Part shown: positions 49,811 to 61,100 of the stretch, piece after piece
Layout: each line of letters begins with the position of its first letter
Position numbering within the stretch: the stretch's first letter is position 1
Origin: Microthyrium microscopicum
Lineage: Eukaryota
Direction: 5' to 3'
Length of the DNA stretch: 64,000 nucleotides
Assembly: GCA_010405405.1 (NCBI GenBank)
Contig: MU004235.1
Coordinates: 820,538 to 884,537 of the forward strand
The notes under the pieces: generated by a model
Told to the model about the DNA's origin: nothing
Database searches by the model: none
The model's input: the letters and a program-made list of their open reading frames with translations, nothing else
Translations under genes and position numbers: made by a program

Positions 49811-52744
49811 TCAAGGAGTGTGGCTGTTGTTGATGCTGTGGTAGGCATCGTCGGTGGACACGACTTCGAGGGACGACTCGGATGATCTGGGACTGGTTTG
49901 GGCCAGGCTGCTTGGTTCAGGAGACCAAGAGGACATGTTTTGGGCGTCACGGGTGCCGCGGGGAGTTGCGGGACCACTTTGACTTTGACGAACGAGTTCG
50001 CGGACCCGCGAGGCAGCAAATGGAGTACCAGTGGGTGTATTATTAGGCGTGTCGACAGGAGTTTCGGCATCATTATTAGCCTTTGATGGCGTCGAATCAT
50101 AGTCGAGGCCTTCGGTGGATATCTTTCTGAGAATAGAAGGAGATGGACCAGGACTTGACATGAGTCTATTCTCATCATCTTCACTGTCCAAGTCATCTAC
50201 AGATCGAACCCGAATGAGTCGTCGACCTTTTCTGCGTGGGCTGGTTTCCTTTGATGAGGCACTATCGTGTGGACTCTCCATTGAGAATCCTAGCACGCTG
50301 TGCGACTTGTTCAGCATTTGCTGCATGATAGGTAGCTCCAGAGCGCCATTGCCAGACCGTACAAAGAGAATGAGAGCAAGGCACATGAGTAGCAAAGTGG
50401 ACTGTACAACTTGCATACGCTTTTGCCAGACTACCTCATCAGCCAGCATAGTGAGACGACTGCCGATGGCGCGGATTTCCCGTTCATACTGTTCTCGATG
50501 TGTTTCGAGTTCTATCACGGTAGACTGCCATAATTGGTCGTACTGATCCCTGAAACCCTTGAGCTCAGATACTACACTGTTGTTCAGATGCTGGATAAAA
50601 TCCTCGATCTTAACTGTTTGCCGCTTCTCCACCTTTGTGAAAGCATCCCGTAATATCCTGGACTGCTCTTCAATGTACTGCAAGGATAACGAAGCGTTTG
50701 CTTCTAACACGCCTAGTCGTTTATGGAAAGACTTGAAGAAGCTTTCCTGGGTTGTAGGACTAGGAGCTGGAGGTTGCACGGCAGCTGGTGGTTTACTTGG
50801 TTCTTGTGCCGGAGCCTGGCTCTTTGCAGAAGGTGGAGTAGCAGATTGAGCAGACGACGGGACATTGCCTGACGGCTTGACATCCGTCGTTCCGGCGGGG
50901 GCGCTCAAAGAAGTTGCATTTGATACCGGTAAGGGAACGCTCGCTTGCGCTTGCTGGTTGGCCACGGTGGAGGAATTTGATGGCAACGTAACACCAGTTT
51001 GTTCAGATTGCGGAGAAGTCGTGGAAGATGGTGATACAGGTACAGACGATACTGGGATACTGGTACCGGTCTCCGTTGACTCGTGCGATGCTTTGCCAGA
51101 TGAATTAGCATTTGAGAAAGGAGCGGATTTGCCTTCGCTGACTGATGCAATGCTGCTTTCCGACGACGGGTCTGCACTTGGAGATGGTGACGTAACAGAC
51201 GTGGATGTTGGTTGAATCTCAATCGGAGGTGATGTCTCCGGAATCTCTGCCTTGATATCCGCGATAGGTACCGTTGCTTTCTCTTCAACGCTGCTGACAG
51301 CGACTGGCTCTGGCTGTGGAGCAGCAGACGGAATGGCGACTTCCTCTTCCGATTCATCGTCGCCCCTCGAAGAGTCCTCGGGATTGCGGAACTCTTCCAG
51401 CATAGTAGTGCCATGGACTCTAAGCAAACTGACAGGACAGTAGTATTCTGCACCATACTGTGAAAGAAACTCGATGCGTAGATAGCGTGCCCATATCAAT
51501 GGATTGTTGATCGCAAAAGCTTGTACATCCCGGGAATTCTTGGCCTCGAAAACACCGAGCTCTTTCCACTGGTTTAGTTTGACTGGATATCTATCAGAGA
51601 CGCTGACTCTGAACGTCCGGAACATGGAGCTGAAGAATTCGTAGTTTGCTAGTACGACTGTGTCAAGCAGAATATCGTCGCAAAGCTCCACGATGAGAAA
51701 CTTGTTGTCCACAGAGCATTCGTTCAGCATATAGGAGTCTTTATTTTCCACCAGAATCGAAGAGGGGCTCTTGCACTTGGCATTGGTCTTTAGTATTGTA
51801 GCAGCACAGTCAAATGATGCATAATTGAACCGTTCTTTGCAAGTTGTTCCAGCGTCTTTCCTTCTAGGTCTGGCGCTTGGACTAGGCTTGTCTTGGGATC
51901 CAGTTGGTTTATGTTCCTTCTGATCCTGCTGCTTGCCTGTAGAATCCTCGTTTCGACCAAATCCAAATCCAAGATCAATCTTCCCTTCGTCTCCTAAGGA
52001 GTCCAATGCTTGATCAAAATCGCCTGGTCGGCGGGGTCGATCTGGAGAAGCCGTTCGTCCTCGGCCTACATCTTCAGGAGATTGGCCTACCTTGGCTAGA
52101 TTCTGCTTCTTCCATTCCTCAAAAGAAAGAAAATTGGAGTTATCCAAGGGGGACTCGGGGTCTGCTTGTGGTGCCTGCTCGATAGCTGCAATGGGTCCCG
52201 TTGATTCAGACGGGCCCGCCTGCGTAGAAGTAGCTTGTCCTGAACTCTCCGCAGGCGTTGTACCGCCATTAGAATGACCTTCTGAGCCTTGCGACGCACT
52301 GGCGTCTTTATCGGCAGGTAATGCTGACGAAGAAGTATGAGGATCCTTCTTTTGCTCTGAAGGTACCACCACAGTATGATTTGCCACTCCCGTCCAGTTC
52401 GCCTTCAGGCATTTCTGCGGCAGAATATGTGTAATATAATTTATCGTTCGGCTCGGACATGTCGACGAAGGAGAAGGAGCAACGCCGGGGATAGTGATCG
52501 CAGATGAGGCTACTGTGGAAGAATATTTCGCAGAGCTCGAGCTCGATGATGTCAAAGGAGAAGCATCAAGGGCTTTTATCGACGAAGAGTCTGACGCCGC
52601 TACGACAGAGCCATCATTGGTTTGGTTCTGGGCAGTCCCCGCAGCCAGCACGCCACTTGCGAGGAGGAGAAGTGCGAGACTGCAGGAGAGCAAAGGATAG
52701 GATGGCGAGGTGTTATATCGGCGGGGAGGGCGGGAATTAAGCAT
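49811..52744 (-). CDS. SLP1: Mid-SUN-domain ER membrane protein (SLP1/SUCO family), intronless
   Basis: The first ATG at 52744 precedes a signal-like LLSCSLALLLLASGVLA; KERFNYASFDCAA, ILVENKDSYMLNEC, ANYEFFSSM, YYCPVSLLRVHG; coiled coil and a C-terminal TM (STLLLMCLALILFV). Confidence 0.92.
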   Translation of the reverse strand: MLNSRPPRRYNTSPSYPLLSCSLALLLLASGVLAAGTAQNQTNDGSVVAASDSSSIKALDASPLTSSSSSSAKYSSTVASSAITIPGVAPSPSSTCPSRTINYITHILPQKCLKANWTGVANHTVVVPSEQKKDPHTSSSALPADKDASASQGSEGHSNGGTTPAESSGQATSTQAGPSESTGPIAAIEQAPQADPESPLDNSNFLSFEEWKKQNLAKVGQSPEDVGRGRTASPDRPRRPGDFDQALDSLGDEGKIDLGFGFGRNEDSTGKQQDQKEHKPTGSQDKPSPSARPRRKDAGTTCKERFNYASFDCAATILKTNAKCKSPSSILVENKDSYMLNECSVDNKFLIVELCDDILLDTVVLANYEFFSSMFRTFRVSVSDRYPVKLNQWKELGVFEAKNSRDVQAFAINNPLIWARYLRIEFLSQYGAEYYCPVSLLRVHGTTMLEEFRNPEDSSRGDDESEEEVAIPSAAPQPEPVAVSSVEEKATVPIADIKAEIPETSPPIEIQPTSTSVTSPSPSADPSSESSIASVSEGKSAPFSNANSSGKASHESTETGTSIPVSSVPVSPSSTTSPQSEQTGVTLPSNSSTVANQQAQASVPLPVSNATSLSAPAGTTDVKPSGNVPSSAQSATPPSAKSQAPAQEPSKPPAAVQPPAPSPTTQESFFKSFHKRLGVLEANASLSLQYIEEQSRILRDAFTKVEKRQTVKIEDFIQHLNNSVVSELKGFRDQYDQLWQSTVIELETHREQYEREIRAIGSRLTMLADEVVWQKRMQVVQSTLLLMCLALILFVRSGNGALELPIMQQMLNKSHSVLGFSMESPHDSASSKETSPRRKGRRLIRVRSVDDLDSEDDENRLMSSPGPSPSILRKISTEGLDYDSTPSKANNDAETPVDTPNNTPTGTPFAASRVRELVRQSQSGPATPRGTRDAQNMSSWSPEPSSLAQTSPRSSESSLEVVSTDDAYHSINNSHTP

Positions 52745-53159
52745 GCTTGGTTCGCATGGTCGCCAAGTCTCGATCTGCTGCACGAAGAGAGCAGAGCGTT
52801 TGGAAGGTATATCGAAGGCCAGTGGAGAGATGCCACGAGACTGGACGGAAGATTGTGGATAAGCTGGCAACTCAGAATGAAGGATTGTAGTTCCACGTGG
52901 TCTAGCTGTGATGTACACAAGCTAGTACATATATTAAGCGGTCTAGGGTGCCTGTTAGGGAAAGCGGGTAGCGGGTTCGCAGGTCCAGTGCTGGTATGAA
53001 ATCGATTTGGCGGGTTGAAAAAGATAGATAGCGAGAAATGTGAGAAATGCAAGGAGGCGTTTGGCGTTCTGGGTGAAAGCGGTTGAAAGTTGAAGATTTG
53101 ACGCCACTACGGAAGCGCATTGTGGCCTACCCGGTAACATTAGCGAACATCGAAAATTA

Positions 53160-53932
53160 AAAATCCAAAAATCGTATTCTAGTAAATATAAATTGCAATA
53201 ACTATTTCTATAGCCTTTTTAATATATTCTTATTATAGATAGATACTCTTCTTAGTTAGAGCTATCTCTAGATAGTATTTTTAGAAATAATTATTTTTCG
53301 TATTTTAGTAATAGAAATTATCTTTATTTATAATAAAGTTACTAATATTTAATAAGGTAGTGCTCTTATATAATACTATAGCTTATATAGAAGGGTTTAG
53401 TAGGCTATATATAGATTTTAGTATAATTATAGGAATATATTATAGGTAAAGATATTAATTTATAAAGAAGCTTACTAAATTTAGTAAGAGAATATTCTTT
53501 AGGAGGACTATACTTATAATATCTCCCTTAAAATAGCTTTAATAAATAAAATAATACTATGTAAAGGTTTTAATTAGGATAAGCATTATAAAGCTTTTTT
53601 CTTAGAAGGATAAAAGTAAGGTTATAAATTTATAACTATAGTAAAGTTTAGTAAAGCTTAGTAGTAGTAGTTCTTTACTAAATTAGCTTATAGGTAAGCC
53701 TTAGCTATAATATCTCTTTTAAAGTATTATTTCTTTTATAGGTTCTTAAGTTATTTCTTTATATATTATCTTTTTAGGTTAAGCGTTATATCTTAATAAT
53801 AAGGAGAGCGTAATTCTTTACTAAATAATATTATTTTAGTATGTTATCTTTTTTATTTATAACTACTTTACTAACTTTTAGTAAGTCTAAGTTACTAAAT
53901 ATAATAATTCCTCTTTATAGGCTTCACAGCAG
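53160..53932. repeat. Unclassified RIP-degraded repeat fragment, host of the Gypsy nest
   Basis: Abrupt switch to very AT-rich, TpA-rich, CpA/TpG-poor sequence; no diagnostic motif recognised. Confidence 0.55.
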
Positions 53933-56900
53933 TGTTATAAGAGAAATCTTGTTATAAGATTATACGTTAGACCTAAGGGGGTTAGCGCGCCTAAGGATCT
54001 ACTAAGTAGACTTATATCCCTTATAGATCTATAGCTCTTCTAGATCTTTTTCTCTCTCTCTTTCGTTTATAGATTCTAGAATATAATTTAATTATCTACT
54101 TACTCTAAGTTCTATAGCTTATTATATAATCTACGAACTATTTAAATATCTACGTACTTATACTACGTACCTTAGAATTTACTTCTAAAAAAGCGCCTAT
54201 ATAGATTAATATCTTATATACATAGTCTTAGACCTTATTAAAGATTCTTTATAGATTTATTAAATCTATTAGCTCTACTAATCCTTTATTTAATTAGAGT
54301 ATTAGGATTCTTTAACACTCTTTAACTTATTAATAGTCTAAGCGTTAATTACCCCTTATCCTTAGTTCTATAGAATACTAAAGTTTATCTTCTATATTAC
54401 TACTAAATATTTATAATTATACTTAATATACTTACTATTAAAACGCGCTAAATAAATAAGCGTTCCCTTCTAGTACTTTTCTTTATTATTTATAATTATA
54501 GCTAATAAGGCTTCTATCTAATAAGCTTAAATATAAGATAGCTATTTAGCCTATTTGCTATCCTTAGTTACTTATACTTAGCCTAATAACTAGCACTAAT
54601 CTTAGTCTCTTATATACTCGCGTTACCCTTCTTCGTTACGTTACTTTTCTATTATACGTACTAAATATTAAAGTAAACCTAATACTTAAAATATAGTATA
54701 ACTAAATACTACCTAAAAGGTAGTAGATTTAGTAGAGAGCGTATTAAAACTATTAAAATCACTAGAACTAGATTTAAGAATATTATTAGAAGATAAAGAT
54801 AAGTTAGAAGATAATTATTTACTAGAACGAGGCCATAAAGGCAAAGAGACTAAAGTATTAGAAAATGCTTTTTAAAATACTAGTTAAATAACTTTACTAA
54901 ACTAAATAAATATAGAAGAGAACTAACTTCTAGCTCCTTTTTAACCTAACGATAATACTAGACTTTTTTTTAGAATATATAAATAGCTAATAAAACTATA
55001 CTAATAAGCTAAAGGCCTTAGAGTACTGCTTATATTAATATCTTACTACTTTATAGTAGTAGACTTTAATTATTTAGTTACTTTAACTATTAATAAGAAT
55101 CTTTTAATCTTCTAAGCTACTTAAGTATAAAAAATACCTAATAAAGAAGGTAATAAGCTAAAAAACGTAGAAGTATATCTTTATTATAAAAAGAAATAAT
55201 TAAATCTCTACTATTATTCTTACTACTTAATTAAATTAGGCGTAGACTTAGAACGTCTATTAAAAGGAGAGTTTACGTTAAATAACTTAGTTATATAGCT
55301 CTACGCCTTATTATTAACTTTTTAAACTATAGCCTACCTCTTTAAAATTAAGCAAAATATAAACGCTTATAATATAAACTTAATTTATACTTTTTAAAAA
55401 GAAGCTTTTAAAGCTTAAAGAGAGATATAAGACTTAGCTAAAATTAATAATAAACGCGCAAAGTAGATTACTTACCTTAAAGTATAAATTTAAGATAATA
55501 CTATTACTCTTAAAAAAATAGTAACTATCTACTAAAAGATATAGAAACTATAATATAATAATAATCTACTTAAGAAAGCACTTACTACTTATATTAATAA
55601 GATTAATAAATATTATAAGGCTTTATAGAAGAAGGTAGACAAAGCTACTATCCTTTAAGCCTAAGTTAATACTCTCTAAAAAAAATCCTTAGCTACTAAA
55701 GTAGCTAATCTCTATTTTAATTATAATAAGTTAGTAAATAATAATCTATTTTGCTAAACCTCTTTAGCTTAAGATATAGATTAACCTAACTTAAATATAC
55801 CTTTAAGGATATTAGACTTATATTAAACTACTCTCTTCTTTAATCTTAACTTAATTAATAATGCCTTCTTCTTTAAAATACGAGATAATAAGCTCTTACT
55901 CTTCTTTAAAAAAGATAAATAGAAATATTACGCTTAGAAAGATAAGATACTAGACTACCTAAATAATAACGCTTAAGTCTACCTTACTAAAACCTCTAAG
56001 ATCTAAGTTATTTAAAGAGTAATAAAGGACTAGACGTTTAGTACTATTAATAAGCAAAGTAACTATAAGTTAACTAACTTATATTTATTTATTATAGAAA
56101 TATAGTCTAATTTAGATTATAAGTATAGTATTAAGAATAGCTATATTACTACTAAAACCTAGCTTAAAAGTTAAGAAGCTATAATAAAGCTTACTAAGAA
56201 ACTTAAAGAGTTCCTAACCTATTTCTTAAAGAATGTATATAAAGCTAAGCTAAGTAATTAAAATAAGATTATTAAAATATAACTTCTTTTACTTCTAAAG
56301 TTTATAAAGAAAGTGCTCTTTATAAAATTAAAGATCTTTACTAACTTCTTAGAAAGCTTATACACTATAGCCTATTATATTAAATACGTCCTCTTTATAA
56401 ATCTATATAGCTATAATAATAATAATTGCCTAATAGCTAAAGGTAGTAGATAAAAGCCTAAATATAACTATTCTTTAGAAATTTATAATACGTTAAAAGT
56501 AGATAATTACTATATAAAATATAACGAAAAGAGTTATAGTTATTAGTAAAATAAAGTATTATATAAAAATAGAGACGCCTTATTAAATACTAAGATATAA
56601 CTAAAGGTTATAACTATTATTATAGAGTTTACTATTATTTATAATTAAATTATTACTTAATCTCCTTAGTCCTTAACTATAAAGAATAATTATAATAAGT
56701 ATAATTATAGTAACAATATAGAAAACTAAAAGCTCCTCTACAAAGATATATAAAAGAGTTAAATAAGTAAGAAGCATATAATTAATAATAAAAGAAAGAT
56801 AAACCTAACTCTAAGCTAGTTCTCTCTAAAGAATAAATCTAATATAAGATTAATAAGACTATCTAACGCTTAGAAGGCAATCTCTAATAAGTATTATCCC

Positions 56901-58136
56901 TAAAGCCTATTATATTTAATAATACTAAACTAGCTATTATTAAGATATTTCTTACCTCTATAGTATATAATTTCTACTCTTAAGAAGTAGCTACTATACC
57001 TATAGTAAGCAATTAATAGACTACTTATAGTACTATATTTTCTCTAAAGTAAGGCTATTACTTAAAAATTAATATCCTTATAGATACTAAGAGTAGAGTA
57101 ATAGAAATTATCTATCCTAACTTTATTAAGTAATATAAAATTCTTACTATTAATCTCTCTACCTCTTAAATTATATAATTAACTAATAGTAAAGCTATTA
57201 TAAAAGTTAATAAAGCCGCTATAGTTAACGTCTATTTAAGAGAATATATTAAATAAATCTACTACTTTATTATAAACGTTACTAACTATAACCTTATTCT
57301 TAGCAACCTATAAATTAACCTCTATAAGGTTACTCTTAAAAAAAGAAAGAAGTAAATCTTTTTTAATTTAGACTACTACCTAATATACTGCTTACTAGCT
57401 AATTATCTAATCTTAGTAAATTATAAAGGCTACTTAGTTAACCTAACTAATCCTTACTTTAAGAACGTTACTATAATTAGTACTACTACCTTTATTAAGT
57501 TACTTAAATAAGGCTAGTAATTTAGTAAAATCTAGCTTAACGACTTTAAAGATAAGAAAGATAAGAAATTTCTAGACTTAGACTCTATACTAAAAGAAGA
57601 TATTATTATTAACTTAAGCAAAATCTTACTTAAAGACTTTAAGAAGTAGTAAAAGAAATATAATAAGCCTTTTCTCTTATAAGAAGAGATTCTTAAACGC
57701 CTATTAAAAGAATATTACTATTATATAGACGTCTTTAATCTAAAATTAGATAATAAACTTACACTATACTATAGCAAATAGAATTACTTTATTAATATTA
57801 TTCTAAACGTTACTATTCCTAAACGCTACTATAATAGCCTAGGTTACTAAGAATCCCTTATAGTTAAATAATACGTTAATTAGATACTTAGCTAAGACTA
57901 AGTTTAAGCTAGTAAATTATATTACGCCGTACTAATATTATATACATATAAGTTAAAAAAAGGAATTTAAGTTTATATTAACTACTATAGACTTAATAAG
58001 ATTACGTAGAAGAATTATAATATTTCTTTATAGCTACTAGAAACTTTAATCTATATCTATTACGTAAAATACTTCTCTAAGTTTAATATTATTACTATCT
58101 TTATATATATTTATATTAAACCTAATAATAAACATA
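53933..58136 (+). mobile_element. RIP-inactivated Ty3/Gypsy LTR retrotransposon 1 (5' LTR, gag, protease, start of RT), cut by element 2
   Basis: LTR-like start TGTTA at 53933 (LTR to about 54317). RIP-reverted protease IDTGS near 57080. RT motifs VCIDYRGLN (~57971) and YFSKFDI...IRIKPDDEH end abruptly at ~58135. Confidence 0.78.
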
Positions 58137-61100
58137 TATAAGGAATCCTTATAGGTTTAGTATTGTAGTATTTAGATGCTAAGATCTAATCCTGTAGATA
58201 AGATCTCTTTATCCCGTTTAGGGTTAGTGTATCTAAGGATATCCTAGGCTCCTACTTCTTTACATCTATAGCTATATCTCTAGATCTCTTCTCTCTATAC
58301 TTAGATCCTATAATACTAGCTACTTTCTGCTTACCTATTACGCTTATTAGCTCCTTATATAATCTAAGTATCTCTATATTAAATTTTACGCTCTATATAT
58401 ATTTTGTATATTATTAATAAATACGTAGAGGCGTTTAATAATTTCTATTAGATTACTATAGTTATACTATAGATCTAACTAATTAGTATTTAGTAATATT
58501 GCCCTTAATTAGGATTAGCGTTACTAAAGGTGCTAGCAAATTTATAAATACTAACTAGAGCAACGCAAATTTAGTATTATTTGCTAGAATAAAGACTACT
58601 TAGAAGCCTAAGCTTTGCCCTATAGTATTCTTCTTAGATTTATAGAGGCATTTATACTACTTCCTCTCTACTAACTATAAAATATACTTACCTTGTTTCT
58701 TGCTAATTTATATTTATTAAATCTATTAAATTAGTTCTAATTTATTAAGAAACACTATATTATTTAGCTACGTATTACTATAAGTAAGGCGCTACTTATT
58801 CCTAGTCTTAAACTAGTATCCTTAAGTAACTCTTATATTGCTTATAAGTATAGTAGCGTTAGTATTTAAAGCTACTTAGTTTTATCCTACTATAGTAAAA
58901 ATAGCTACTTTACTAAGAAGCTAGTTATCCTAGATATAAGAACTAATTAATAGTCTACTATTATATTAACATTATAGTAAGAAAGTATCCTAGTAGTTAA
59001 ATCTATTAAAAAGTTACCTTTATTGCCTAAAGTAGCTTTAGATAATAAAGATAAGGAATTCCTTTATTAGAATACTTAAGTTAGTATTAATATTTAACAA
59101 CCTTATAAGATCGTTACTAAACTATTAACTATAGTACCTATTATACTAGTAAGCATAATAAAAGAGCTAAGATTAAAAGGTAAAGAGGTATTAACCTCTA
59201 GTACTATTATTAGTAATTTACTAGACAAAGGCGCGTTAAAAGCAAGATTGCCTAGTAATGTCTACTATTAGCTAAAATTGCTAGTACGTAAAAAAGAACC
59301 TTATAACGTTTCTATGTCGTTTTTACCCTATCTACCCTTAGAACTAGCAAACCTTAATAGTAAAGTTATATTACTTACTAGTATAAAGCCTTTATTTATA
59401 TAGGCATTATATAGAGTAAGACTAAAGGTAGAGAAGTAGATATTAGTAGTTCTTTAAGATAATCCTAATAATTTTACTACTCTCTAGAAACATTATATAT
59501 TAATATTTAATAGTAAGTATCTAGACTAATATATTAAGTTTATAGAAGAAGATTAATTCTTTAAATAACTATATATTGTGTTAGTAATTAATTAAACTAT
59601 AGCATTATATTACTAATCTACTTAAAAACTTTAAGATTAGCTAGTAAGAGAACTTATAAACGCTAATATAGAAGTAGATTAACTAAGTAAATTAGTAGAA
59701 GTACTATAGGAAGAGGCTACTACTTATTAGTAGATAATAATAGATCTTAAAGCGCTTACTAGCTAAATTTACTATAATTATAAGTTAGCACTAACTACTA
59801 CTTATTTAAATAAATAAGTAGCTCTTACTAAATTAGCAAAGAAGCGTAATACTAATCTATAATATTACAAGTTAGTTATTAACCTTTGCTACTAGATTTA
59901 AGAACTTAAGAATAGACTTTAGATAAATTTAAACTAAGCTTACGTTGACCTAAATAATTTAGAAGATAATATCTTCTTAGGTTATTCTATACTATAAATA
60001 ACGTATCTAGTAGTTTTATACTTATAGCTTTAAGCCTAAGGAATACGCTATATTTTACTATTATTAGTAGCTAATAGTACTTCCCTAATAATACTTACGA
60101 AGTTTAAAGAACCTAGTAATTTTAAAAGTAAACCTACGTATTATAAATAGTAAAAAGAGAAGATATTAGATATACTTCTTAATAAGAATATATATTTATA
60201 CGTTCCTACTAAAAAAAAGAAGATTAAGTTTATTTACATTTATTATACTAGCCCTACTTATAGTATTATAGTTATACGCAAAGGTTATAAGTTAAAAGAC
60301 CCTTATAGTACTATAGAAGAGATATAGGTAGATCTAGATAGCTATTATTACTCTAAGAACGCTTTTAAAGATGCTAAGGCATAGTTAAAGTCCTTAGATA
60401 CTAAGATAAAAGATATAGAAGGTCTTTAAGCCTTTATTAGCCGCTTTTTAATAAATTTAGTAAATATAGAACTATCTAAGCATAAGAAGATTATTAAATT
60501 ATAAGACTTTATTAACTATAAGTTTATAGACTTACTAATAGGCTAGTATTTTAGTAGTTTTGCTATATTTTACGCCTAACTTTACTTAGTTACATACTAA
60601 ATTAATTATAAGCTTATTACTATAAATAATACCTCTTATAGCTATAATAATAATTAGTCTACTAATAAAGAGGCCTAAAATAACAAAACTAGTAATATTA
60701 ACTATCCTATAGACGTCTTTAACGCCTTAAAAATAAATAAACGTTATATCTATTATAGGCAAAAGGGTTACTACTATTTTAATAAGACTATACTATATAA
60801 AAATTAGGAACCCTTATCTAATAATAAGATTAAAGCCTTAGTTATACCTTTAGTAGCAATATTTACAAAAGTTTAAAAAGAATAGCAATCCTTTATAGAG
60901 GATGCTACTAAGGATAATAATTATTAGTCTTTAAACTAGATACTTCTTTGCTAAGCTATAAAAAAGAGCTAAATAAGACTAAAACGTATAATAAAAGAAA
61001 GAAATATACTTTTAACGCTAATATTAAGCGTATAAAGGAGATATTTTATTAATATAATGAAGAGTAGTACTAAAATACTAAGAAAGCTAAAGAAATATTC

